Position numbers and translations under genes: made by a program. Source: Phyllobates terribilis (taxonomy: Eukaryota). Taken from it: a stretch of 64,000 nucleotides of DNA. The stretch covers positions 666,066,001-666,130,000 of the forward strand of contig NW_027362762.1 in NCBI RefSeq assembly GCF_046119375.1. The letters run 5' to 3'. The stretch's first letter is position 1. Every line of letters starts with the position of its first letter. Positions 24,047 to 35,859 of this stretch are shown here, in pieces. The notes under the pieces are model-generated. The model searched no databases, had not been told where the DNA came from, and was given only the letters and a program-made list of their open reading frames with translations.

Positions 24047-27000
24047 GTACCCCCTCTTCTTTGAGGATCCTTCGGATCCCCTAGGCCCAGGTTTATCAGG
24101 AAACCTCTTGTGAAATGCTCTGACAAGTCTGGAAGCAGAAACATCATCTGCCCTCACCCATGAGTTATCCTCGGGACCAAAACCTTTCCAAGCGACGAGA
24201 TACTGAAAACTCCCTCTATACCGTCTCGAATTAAGGATGCGGGAAATTTCATATTCCCCGTCCTCCACCACCGGAGGAACAGTGGCAGTGGCGTCTCTAT
24301 CTGATACATAAGCTTTTTTCAATAGAGAAACATGAAACACCGGATTAATCTTCCAGGAGGTAGGAACCTCCAACCTAACAGCAGATTGGTTAACTACCTG
24401 AAGCACCTTAAAGGGCCCTACAAACTTGGGACCCAATTTTTTAGAAGGAATCCTCAGCCACAGATTCTTAGAGGACAACCAAACCATGTCACCAACCGTA
24501 AACAAAACCTCTTGACGTTTCCTGTCAAAGTACCTCTTAGATTTTTTGTTAGCCTCCTGAAGATTACCACGCACATCCGTCCAAACTCTTTCCAAATCAC
24601 CGGAAAAACTCTCCTCCTCAGGCACAGCCGATACCAATTTGGAGAATGACCCAAAAGACGGATGTCTCCCAGAACAACAAAAAAAAGGCGAACACCCAGC
24701 AGAAGAGGATGTATGGTTGTTAAGAGCAAATTCAGCAAGCGGCAGAAACTCAGACCACCCCTCTTGATTGTCTGCCACAAAACAACGCAAGAACTGCTCA
24801 ACATCCTGGTTCATCCTTTCTGTCTGGCCATTAGACTCAGGATGATATCCAGATGAAAATGACACATGAACTCCCAACCTGTCACAAAAGGCACGAACTG
24901 AGGTCCCCTATCAGAAACAATGTCAGTAGGAACACCATGGAGTCTGACAATCTCCTTGACAAAGGCCTTAGCGAGTGTCTTAGCGCAGGGCAGTTTGATG
25001 AAAGGAACCAAGTGACACATCTTGCTAAAACGGTCCATGACCACCCAGATGACCATGAAACCCTCAGAGGGGGGAAGGTCAGTAATAAAGTCCACAGCCT
25101 GATGTGTCCAAGGTGCACTAGGAACCTCCAGAGGGCAAAGCAACCCCGCAGCAGGAGTATGTGAAGACTTAGATCTAGCACACACAGTACATTGACGCAC
25201 CCACTTAATGACCTCCTTCTGCCATCCAAGCCACCAAAAACTGTGACCCACAAGTCTCTTGGTCTCAGAAATTCCAGGATGACCTGCCAACCGAGACTCA
25301 TGACACTCAACAAACAAATCTCTCCTAAAGGTCCTAGGCACAAACAACCTCCCATGGGGAGTGGTAGATGGGGCATTCTCCTGTGCTTTAAGAATCTCAT
25401 CTTCCAAAACGGAGTCCAATGCAGCAATCACAACACCTTCTTGCAAAATGCTCTCCTCCTCCTCAGCACCGACCATGGGAGAAAAGCTGCGAGACAAAGC
25501 ATCAGCTTTAACATTCTTGGTACCCGGGATGTAAGTAACGGAAAAATTAAACCGCGAGAAAAAAAGTGCCCACCTAGCCTGACGGGCATTCAAGCGCTTG
25601 GCAGCATCAAGATAGATCAGATTTTTATGATCAGTGAAAACCTGAATGGGAAAATCAGCACCTTCCAAGAGATGACACCAGTGTTCAAATGTGAGTTTAA
25701 TAGCCAGCAATTCCCGATTACCAATATCGTAATTAAGTTCAGTCTCAGAAAATTTTTTTGAAAAAAAGGCACAGGGATGTACTCCATCCTTGTTTTCCTG
25801 AGACAACACCGCACCGACCCCCACAGAAGAAGCATCAACCTCAACCAAAAACGGCTTAGTCACATCAGGCTGCATAAGGATGGGGGCAGAGCTGAACCTC
25901 TCCTTTAGAAACACAAAAGCTTCAATGGCCTCAGTAGTCCACTGAACCGTATTAGAACCTTTCCTGGTGAGATCGGTCAGTGGTTTAACAATAATAGAAA
26001 AATTTTAATGAATTTTCTGTAATAATTGGCGAAACCCAAAAACCTCTGTATCGATTTCAAACCAATAGGCCTAGGCCATTCCTGCACAGCTTGAACTTTC
26101 ACCGGGTCCATCTCAAGCCCTCGCTGGAGATAATGTAGCCCAAAAAACTAATTCTCTGTACAGCGAACTCACATTTCTCCAGCTTAGCAAAAAGCGAATT
26201 GTCAATCAATAACTGCAATACCTCACGTACGCTCCACCAATGAGACTCCAGGTCAGGCGAATAAATCAAAATGTCATCCAAATACACAACCACATTTTTG
26301 CAGATCAAAGGTCTAAGGATGTCATAAATAAGATTCTGATAAAATGCTGGTGCATTGGTAAGACCAAAAGGCATAACCAAATTCTCAAAATGACCCACAG
26401 AAGTGTTAAAAGCAGTCTTCCATTCATCACCCTCCTTCATGCGCAACAAATTGTATGCCCCCCGGAGATCAATTTTAGAGAACCACTTGGCCCCCACTAA
26501 CTGGTTAAACAAATCAGGAATCAATGGCAGTGGGTAGGGATTGCGTACAGTAATTTTATTAATCTCGTGAAAGTCCAAACAAAGACGTAAACCGCCGTCT
26601 TTTTTTTAACAAAAAAAAATCCAACAGCCACAGGTGACTTAGAGGGTCTATTATCACCGGCGGCCATGCTCGTCTGTATGTATTCCTCCAAAGCCTTTCT
26701 CTCAGGAATAGTCAGATTAAATAAACGACTTTTAGGAAGAGTCGCTCCAGGGACAAATTCAATGGTACAATCGTAGTCTCTATGGGGAGGCAACATTTGC
26801 GACTCCTCCTCAGAAAAAACTTTCCAAAAATCCTGAATAGGTACAGGTAATTCCCCTTTATCCACAGCAGCAATGCACCCGTTACAACACCTGTCATAAC
26901 ACTTAGGGCTCCAGGACTTAATTTCATTGGTAGACCAATCCAGTACAGGATTGTGCAATTTTAACCAGGGCAACCCCAAAACTACTGGAGAAGGCAAATT

Positions 27001-27549
27001 ATTTAATACCACCAAATCCAAATTTTCTTGCTGAATGCCATTAATAGTGAGGGGAAATTCATAAACCTTGTGAGTAACACATTTCAAAGGAGAGCCATCG
27101 ACAGAAACCACGGCAATAGGGGATGACAAAGGTTTGGGTTTTAAATTAAGTTTTTCCAAGAATCCCCCATCAATCACAATCAGAGTTGAACCACAATCCA
27201 CAAATACCCGAAATTCAATTAATTCTTCCTGAGCTGCGGTAGTAGCACAAAGAAATACACCCTTAGTGTTTAAACAGGCTATACGGGCGTGACTGACCTT
27301 TTTTTTTCCTTTGTTCATACGAAGCACACAGTTCTTAATGAAATGGTCAGATTTCCCGCAATAAAAGCACAAACCTTCAGAAAACCTGCGGTCTTTTTCC
27401 TGAGAGTGGGGTGACATCGCCCGAATCTCCATCGACTCTCCAGTGTCAGTACAGACCCTCTCAAAACTCGGAGCTGACATGGCAGAGGATTTACTCTCAT
27501 TAACCCTTGCACGCAGTCTCCTGTCCTCCCGTATAGCTAATTGCATTGC
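23623..27549 (-). mobile_element. 5'-truncated Gypsy chromovirus (copy 2, same family as 4194-9180)
   Basis: 3' LTR 23623-24046; PPT at 24047-24060; minus-strand ORFs match copy 1 PR, RT, RH, IN and chromodomain; similarity ends in gag at ~27549. Confidence 0.95.
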
Positions 27550-28919
27550 AAGATGGTCAGTGGCGATGACGCCATCATTAGCGTCAGCATCCCACTTGTC
27601 TATCTTTTGCAATGCTCTCTGCAGAGAATTAAAGTGGAGGCATTGCAGCCAGAGTATGATGAGATGGATCAAGAAGCCGTTATGGGCGATTACACACAGC
27701 CCAGCCTCATCTCATCCCAATGTGCATTGGGGGACAATGAGGGAGAGGAGGAGGTGGAGAAGGAAGAACAGGAGCTGGTATCATGCACTGTAGACGGTAG
27801 CACCTGTACAACTGTCATACAGTCGGTTCAGCATGGGTGGCCTGAGGACAGGGGGAGGAGGAGGAGGAGAACATGGTCAGTCGTCATCTTGGTGAGGACA
27901 CGGAAGTCTTGCCCGTTACCAGTCTGGCACGCATGGCTGACTTTATGTTACGCTGCCTTAACCATGACCCTCGCGTTGCCAAAATGTTGGGTGACTGTCA
28001 ATACTGGTTGGTGACACTTTTAAGCCCCCGCTACAAGGAAAACTTTCACTTTCTTATTCCTGAGGTGGAGAGGTCTACAAAAATGGGGCAGTACCGGAAG
28101 GCCCTTGCTGCAGAACAGTTAAAATAATTCCCATCTAAACACGCTAGCGGCAGAGGTCAAAGTTGGTTGACCAACCAAGGCGTACAGGCGAGAGAGATGC
28201 AACTCAGATCCAGCAGAGGCAGGGGAACACTGTCAACATTCTGGGACAGTTTTCTGAGACCCGCCCAGCTTATAGGCCCTGAGGCGTGGGGTACTCTCAC
28301 AAGGAGTGGAAAGTTTCAAAAGATGGTGAGGGAGTACCTTGCCGACCGTACCAGCGTCCTCCGTGATTCCTCTGTGCCTTTTAATTATTGGGTATCCAAG
28401 CTGGACACTTGGAATGAACTCGCTCTATATGCCTTGGAGGTCCTGGCCTGCCCTGCCGCTAGCGTGTTATTGGAGTGTGTTTTTAGTGCCGCTAGGGGAA
28501 TTATAACTGATAAGCGCACTCACCTGTCAACTGACAATGCTGACAAGCTGACCCTTATCAAAATGAACAAGGGCTGGATTGGGCCAGACTTCTCATCACC
28601 GCCAAATGACAGCAGAATAACATAAAGTCAAATCCACTGTGTTATTTCGGGAGGTGTATTCCCATGCACCGCTTCACACCCACAAATGGATATACGCTTC
28701 CTCAATTCGGCTTTTTTTTGCTCTTCTCCTTATCCTCAACCTCCACCACCACTATACCACCAGGGTGACCGTGGTCCGTGTTGCCAGCATTGCAAGTTCC
28801 TCCGTCCTAATTTTGGGCAGCTTTTGCTTGGAAGGCATAGGCATAGGCAAAGACTATGGGAGACCCACTCCCCAATAATGGGAATAATGTTTTTTATATG
28901 CTGTACTGCATGGCTCTTG

Positions 28920-31900
28920 TAAGGAGAATTAAAACCGTCTTGTTAAACCACTCTGACCTCCACGTCTCTTCCAAGGGGCATTTAAACCGTGTTGTTAAGC
29001 TACTGCAACCTCCACGTCTCCTCCAAGGGGCATTAAAACCGTCTTTTTAAGCTAATGCGACCTCCACCACTTTTCCAAGGGGCATTAAAACCGACTTGTT
29101 AAGCTACTGCGACCTCCAACACTTTTCCAAGGGGCATTAAAGCTGTCTTGTTAAGCTACTGCGACTTCCACCACTTTTCCAAGGGGCATTAAAGCTGTCT
29201 TGTTAAGCTACTGTGACCTCTACCACTCTTCCAAGGGGCATTAAAACTATCTTGTTAAGCTACTGCAACCTCCACGTCTCTTCCAAGGGGCATTAAAACC
29301 ATCTTGTTAAGCTAATGCAACCTCCACCACTTTTCCAAGGAGCATTAAAACAGTCTTGTTAAGCTGCTGCAACCTCCACGTCTCTTCCAAGGGGCATTTA
29401 AACCGTCTTGTTAAGCTACTGCAACCTCCACGTCTCTTCCAAGGGGCATTAAAACCATCTTGTTAAGCTAATGCGACCTCCACCACTTTTCCAAGGGGCA
29501 TTAATACCGTCTTGTTAAGCTACTGCGACCTCCACCACTTTTCCAAGGGTCATTAAAGCAGTCTTGTTAAGCTACTGCGACCTCCACCACTTTTCCAAGG
29601 GGCATTAAAGCTGTCTTATTAAGCTACTGTGACCTCCACCACTCTTCCAAGGGGCATTAAAACCGTCTTGTTAAGCTACTGCGACCTCCACGTCTCTTCC
29701 AAAGGGCATTAAAACCATCTTGTTAAACCACTCTGACCTCCACGTCTCTTCCAAGGGGCATTTAAACCGTGTTGTTAAGCTACTGCAACCTCCACTTCTC
29801 CTCCAAGGGGCATTAAAACCGTCTTTTAAAGCTAATGCGACCTCCACCACTTTTCCAAGGGGCATTAAAACCGTCTTGTTAAGCTACTGCGACCTCCACC
29901 ACTTTTCTAAGGGGCATTAAAGCTGTCTTGTTAAACTACTGCGACCTCCACCACTTTTCCAAGGGGCATAAAAGCTGTCTTGTTAAGCTACTGTGACCTC
30001 TACCACTCTTCCAAGGGGCATTAAAACTGTCTTGTTAAGCTACTGCAACCTCCACGTCTCTTCCAAGGGGCATTAAAACCATCTTGTTAAGCTAATGCAA
30101 CCTCCACCACTTTTCCAAGGGGCATTAAAACCGTCTTGTTAAGCTACTGCAACCTCCACGTCTCTTCCAAGGGGCATTTAAACCGTCTTGTTAAGCTACT
30201 GCAACCTCCACGTCTCTTCCAAGGGGCATTAAAACCATCTTGTTAAGCTAATGCGACCTCCACCACTTTTCCAAGGGGCATTAAAACCGTCTTGTTAAGC
30301 TACTGCGACCTCCACCACTTTTCCAAGGGTCATTAAAGCAGTCTTGTTAAGCTACTGCGACCTCCACCACTTTTCCAAGGGGCATTAAAGCTGTCTTATT
30401 AAGCTACTGTGACCTCCACCACTCTTCCAAGGGGCATTAAAACCGTCTTGTTAAGCTACTGCGACCTCCACGTCTCTTCCAAGGGGCATTAAAACCATCT
30501 TGTTAAACCACTCTGACCTCCACGTCTCTTCCAAGGGGCATTAAAACCATCTTGTTAAGCTAATGCGAACTCCACCTCTTTTCCAAGGGGCATTAAAACT
30601 GTCTTGTTAAGCTACTGCAACTTACATCACTCTTCCAAGGGGCATTAAAGCTGTCTTGTTAAGCTACTGCGACCTCCACCACTTTTCCAAGGGGCATTAA
30701 AGTTGTCTTATTAAGCTACTGTGACCTCCACCACTCTTCCAAGGGGCATTAAAACCGTCTTGTTAAGCTACTGCGACCTCCACCACTTCCCCAAGGGGCA
30801 TTAAAACCGTCTTGTTAAGCTACTGTAACATCCACCACTCTTCCAAGGGGCATTTAAAACGTCTTGTTAAGCTACTGCAACCTCCACGTCTCTTCCAAGG
30901 GGCATTAAAACCGTCTTGTTAAGCTAATGCGACCTCCACCACTTTTCCAAGGGGCATTAAAACCGTCTTGTTAAGCTACTGCGACCTCCACCACTTTTCC
31001 AAGGGTCATTAAAGCTGTCTTGTTAAGCTACTGCGACCTCCACCACTTTTCCAAGGGGCATTAAAGTTGTCTTATTAAGCTACTGTGACCTCCACCACTC
31101 TTCCAAGGGGCATTAAAACCGTCTTGTTAAGCTACTGCGACCTCCACGTCTCTTCCAAGGGGCATTAAAACCATCTTGTTAAACCACTCTGACCTCCACA
31201 TCTCTTCCAAGGGGCATTAAAACCGTCTTGTTAAGCTAATGCGAACTCCACCTCTTTTCCAAGGGGCATTAAAACTGTCTTGTTAAGCTACTGTAACTCA
31301 CACCACTCTTCCAAGGGGAATTAAAGCTATCTTGTTAAGCTACTGTGACCTCCACCACTTTTCCAAGGGGCATTAAAACCATCTTGTTAAGCTACTGCGA
31401 CCTCCACCGCTCTTCCAAGGGGCATTAAAACCATCTTGTTAAACCACTCTGACCTCCACCTCTCTTCCAAGGGGCATTAAAACCATCTTGTTAAGCTTCT
31501 GTGACCTCCACCACTTCTCCAAGGGGCATTAAAACCATCTTGTTAAGCTACTGTAACATCCACCACTCTTCCAAGGGGCATTTAAAACGTCTTGTTAAGC
31601 TACTGCAACCTCCACGTCTCTTCCAAGGGTCATTAAAACCGTCTTGTTAAGCTAATGAGACCTTCACCACTTTTCCAAGGGGCATTAAAACCATCTTGTT
31701 AAGCTACTGCGACCTCCACGTCTCTTCCAGGTGTTTTTTATACCGTCTTGTTAAGCTACTGCAACCTCCACGTCTCTTCCAAGGGGCATTAAAACCATCT
31801 TGTTAAACCGCTCTGACCTCCACCTCTCTTTCAAGGGGCATTAAAACCATCTTGTTAAGCTTCTGTGACCTCCACCACTTTTCCAAGAGGCATTAAAACC

Positions 31901-32090
31901 ATCTTGTTTAGCTACTGCGACCTCCACGTCTCTTCCAAGGGGCATTTAAACCATCTTGTTAAGCTACTGCAACCTCCACGTCTCTTCCAAGGGGCATTAA
32001 AACCATCTTGTTAAGCTAATGCGACCTCCACCATTTTTCCAAGGGGCATTGATATTGTCTTTTTATTCCACTGCAAACTCCACCATTCTT
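28920..32090 (+). repeat. 52-bp satellite, ~60 units, with a 780-bp (15-mer) higher-order repeat
   Basis: Unit CCAAGGGGCATTAAAACCGTCTTGTTAAGCTACTGCGACCTCCACCACTTTT. Variant AAACC(A/G)CTCTGACC at 28945, 29725, 30505, 31181, 31441, 31805. CCAAGGGTCATTAAAGCAG variant at ~29543 and ~30323. Confidence 0.95.
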
Positions 32091-33075
32091 CCAACGGGCA
32101 TTGCATTTCCTCCTAATTTTAGTCAGCTTTTGGTTTTCAATGCATAGGCGAACACTAAGTGAGACCCACTCCCCAATAATGGGTAGAAGGTTTATAGTAT
32201 GCTGTTATCCACGTCTGTTTCAAGGGCCATTGCAGTTCCTCATAATTTTTGGAAAGCCTTCCATTCACTGCTTAGGCCAACAGTGCACAGGAGACCCAGT
32301 TGCTATAAATGGAAAAAACGCTTTAGTTAAGGCCCTCTGACCTCCACGTCACTTCCAAGGGGCATTGGAGTGCCTCGAAATTTTTGGTAGGCATTGCACT
32401 CACTGCATGCCCTATAACTGTTTAGCCGAACCTCTCCTTTTGGTACAGAAACATATCCTACTAGACATGTTTGGTTGACTGGCCTGATATTGATGTGAAT
32501 GGTCCCTGTTCCTCCTGTTCTTTCGCTTTTGCCACCACCTCATCCATCATTCATCACCTGAAGCTTTGTTTTAACGGGAGTCATAGAACTGGGATAGTAG
32601 CAGGAAAACATCCAGCAATCCTCGGAGGAGGTAGGATATGCGCCAAAACGCTGACCACCTCAGGCCTAGCCGCTACTACATACATGTGCTTGCATTCCAA
32701 GAAAACAAAGCAGATGCTAACTTCTATCATCATCATCATGCTCCTCACCTTGGCACTCTCAACTCCCCTGATGGAGAAGCCAGGGCCCACTGGAGGAGTC
32801 TGGTTCTCTGGTGGGCTCGTCCAATGCTGCCCTAAAGCAGGCCGGGCTAAGAAAAGTGTGGGGGGATGTTACAATATGTCACCAAAAAAAATATCAGAAT
32901 CAGGGGAATCCGTTGAAGTGTTCCAGAGTAATTACTTCATAAAGTAACAGTGGTCAGAATTGAAAAAATTGGCCTGGTCACGAGGGCAAAAACAGGCTCT
33001 TACGCGAAGTGGTTAAAACAAAATTCTGCCACACAGAGGCTTTTGCACAAGTCTAAAAAAAAAATTGCACTTTAA

Positions 33076-34138
33076 CCCCTTCACAACGTATATTTTCATC
33101 ATCGGCTGTGTCCCTGCCCAGAGTGTGAACCCACATCTTTAACCGCACTTTATGGCTGATTTAATCAGCCATCAATTGCTTCTAACAGCAAGATCCACCC
33201 GCGGCTTTTAACTAGTTAAATACCGCTGTCATTCACTGACAGTGGTATTTAGCATGCACAGGCAGGAAGCACATCATTGATCATGCCAATCGGCGCACAC
33301 GATACATGATCGTGGGTCGCCGATGGGTTGTCATGACAGCCGGGGGTCCACTGAAACACTACTATGTATAGCACAGGCGATCATACGATTGCAGCTTCAG
33401 GTCTCCTAAGAGAACTATTAAATACAGTAAAAAGGAAAAAAAATTTCAATAATGTAAAAAACTCCACAAACATTACCCCCCCCCCAAAAAAACTCCAAAA
33501 AATACACATATTTGGTACTGCCTCATTCAGAAATGTCCAGTCTATCAAAATATAAAATAAATTAATCTGATCGGTAAACGACATAAGGAGAAAAAAATCA
33601 AAACACCAGAATTATATTTTTTTTGGTAGGCAATTAAAGGCGATTAAAATATTGTATCCTTCCCAAAATTGTATGAGTAAAAATGTAAGCTAAGGGCACA
33701 AAAAATAAGCCATAATACAGCCCCCGATCCTGAAAAATGAGGACGTTACGGGACAAAAGTGGAAAAAAGTTTTTAACAAATTTTTTTCACCACTTAAATA
33801 AAAAAATTATACATATTTGGTATCTACGTACTCATACTGACCTGGTGACTCACATTGTCAGGTCAGTTTTACCATATATTAAACATGGTAAATAATAAAA
33901 AAAAGAACTATTGTGGAATTGCACTTTTTTGCATTCTCACTGCCCTTGAAATCTTTTTCCCTTTTTTTCAGTACACTAAGTGACAGAATGAATGATGTCA
34001 TTGAAAAGTAGAACTCATCCCACAAACAAAATGCAAGCCCTCATACGGCTATATGACTGGAAAAATACAAATGTTATGGCCCCTAGAAGAATGAAGGGGG
34101 GTTGACGAAAAATGAAAAATCGCCAGGAGGTGGAAGGG
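33076..34138. mobile_element. Non-autonomous piggyBac-type element, ~1.06 kb
   Basis: TTAA|CCCCTTC...GGAAGGG|TTAA. Confidence 0.75.
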
Positions 34139-35205
34139 TTAAGCAACAATCAAGCAATGCATAAACAATCAGTTTACAAGGCTTATTTACTCCAAAGACA
34201 TACTGATAGGGAATTTAGATTGTGAGCTTCAATGGCAACAGTGTGGATGATATCTGTAAAGCACTGTGAAATTAATAGTGCTTTATAAGGGAGTAAAGTA
34301 AATAATAATAAATGAATTTTATGCTGGATAGATCACATGATGATAACCAAGTTAACATTGTCCTTGAGCTTTCAAAGGGAAAGACTGAACGACCAGACAA
34401 GAAAACTGCATCCTCGGTCATTCTAACAAAAACATCTTTTTCGGTGGAAAATAGAGAAATGTACAATGCTGTATCTATATATATAATCGTCTTATCCCGT
34501 CTGTCTGTCTGTCTGTCCAGGAAATCCCGCGTCGCTCATTGGTCCGGCAGCGGCCAATCAGCGCCGGGGGATTTCTAAAAAAAAGATGGCGGCCGTTAGC
34601 GGCTCATCTCCCGGCCGGCAACAGCAGAAGGAACCCGACCGCCGGACCCATCTGCGGGACGGAGATGCAGCCGGGAGATGAGCGGCGCGAGGCGCTCATC
34701 TCCCGGCCGGTATCAGCGGAAGGACCGCCGGCGCCACTGACCTCCATGCGGAAGGGAGGACCGGGGAGCGGCGCTGCGGGTCGGGATACTTCTGCTGCGA
34801 GACCCGCGATGTCCCGGGTTCTCGCAGCGTAAGTAGCCGCACAGGCAGCGCCGCTCCCCGGTCCTCACCAAGACGATTCGATGATTGGTCGCGGTCTTCG
34901 GACCCGACCAATCACTGATCTTAGCGCAAAACTTAAACACCGCTGTGCTGATTGGTCGCCGACGCTGCCCGCGACCAATCACCACAGCGGTGTTTAAATG
35001 TGGAGCCAAGATCGGTGATTGGTCGCGGCTGATATTTAAATTTGGCGCCCAAATCGGTGATTGGTCGCGGTCAGCGTCCGCGACCAATCAGCACAATAGT
35101 GTTTAACTTTGGCGCCAAGATCAGTCATTGGTCGCGGGCCAAGACAGCGACCAATCACCGATTTGTGCGGCAATTTTAAATAGCGTCCGCGACCAATTGG
35201 ATGTC

Positions 35206-35751
35206 AGCGCCGCTGCCTGTGCGGATACTTCCGCTGCAAGAACCCGGAACATGAGCGGGCGCTCGCAGCAGAAGTATCCGGACTCGCAGCGCCGCTCCCC
35301 GGTCCTCCCTTCACACCGTAGCCGCTGATGTCCCCACTGTATCCGCATGGTGTTACAAAGGTCCGGAAATTTGTGTTAAAAATCGCTGATTGGTCGCTGG
35401 CGCTGCCCGCGACCAATCACCTATTTGGGCGCCAAATTTAAATATCGGCCGCGACCAATCAGCAGAGCGGTGTTTAAATGTGGAGCCAAGATCAGTGATT
35501 GGTCGCGGCCGATATTTAAATTTGGCGCCCAAATCGGTGATTGGTCGCGGGCAGCGCCATCGACCAATCAGCGATTTTTAACACAAATGTCCGGACCTTT
35601 GTAACACCATGCGGATACTGTGGGGACATCAGCGGCTAGGGTGTGAAGGGAGGACCGGGGAGCGGCGCTGCGGGTCGGGATACTTCTGCTCCGAGCGCCC
35701 GCTCATGTCCCGGGTTCTCGCAGCGGAAGTAGCCGCACAGGCAGCGGCGCT
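35206..35751. repeat. 256-bp-arm inverted repeat with a 34-nt spacer inside the Helitron
   Basis: 35206-35461 is a near-perfect reverse complement of 35496-35751. Confidence 0.9.
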
Positions 35752-35859
35752 CCCCGGTCCTCACTAATACGATTCCGCTCCCCGCTCCTCATCAATACGA
35801 TTCGCTGATTGGTCGCGCTCTCCACACCCGACCAATCAGTGATCTTGGCGCTAAAGTTA

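Larger units (their letters stand above)
21593..28623 (+). pseudogene. hAT (ZBED-like) transposase, disrupted and split by the Gypsy insertion
   Basis: RG-rich N-terminus; BED finger (CTTC..HMAARH); TTDLWTS; CDNGRN..CLAH; C-terminal dimerisation domain YWVSKLD..ACPAASVLLECVFS..DKRTHLS..IKMN. Stops at 21791, 22388, 22802, 23398. Confidence 0.92.
18435..32867 (+). mobile_element. Giant hAT DNA transposon, right end deleted
   Basis: Left TIR TAGTGTTGAGCGAGC; BED-finger hAT transposase; two internal satellite arrays; distal part homologous to window positions 1-450. Confidence 0.85.
15411..33012. mobile_element. Large non-autonomous piggyBac-type element hosting the nested hAT and Gypsy
   Basis: TTAA|CCGTTTCCCG at the left and CGCGAAGTGG|TTAA at the right (7/10 inverted match). 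Interior and right end resemble 62440-63963. Confidence 0.55.

Noticed and set aside
28920-32090. CRISPR-like regular array
   Set aside because: Whole 52-bp units repeat with no unique spacers, no cas genes are present, and the context is eukaryotic.
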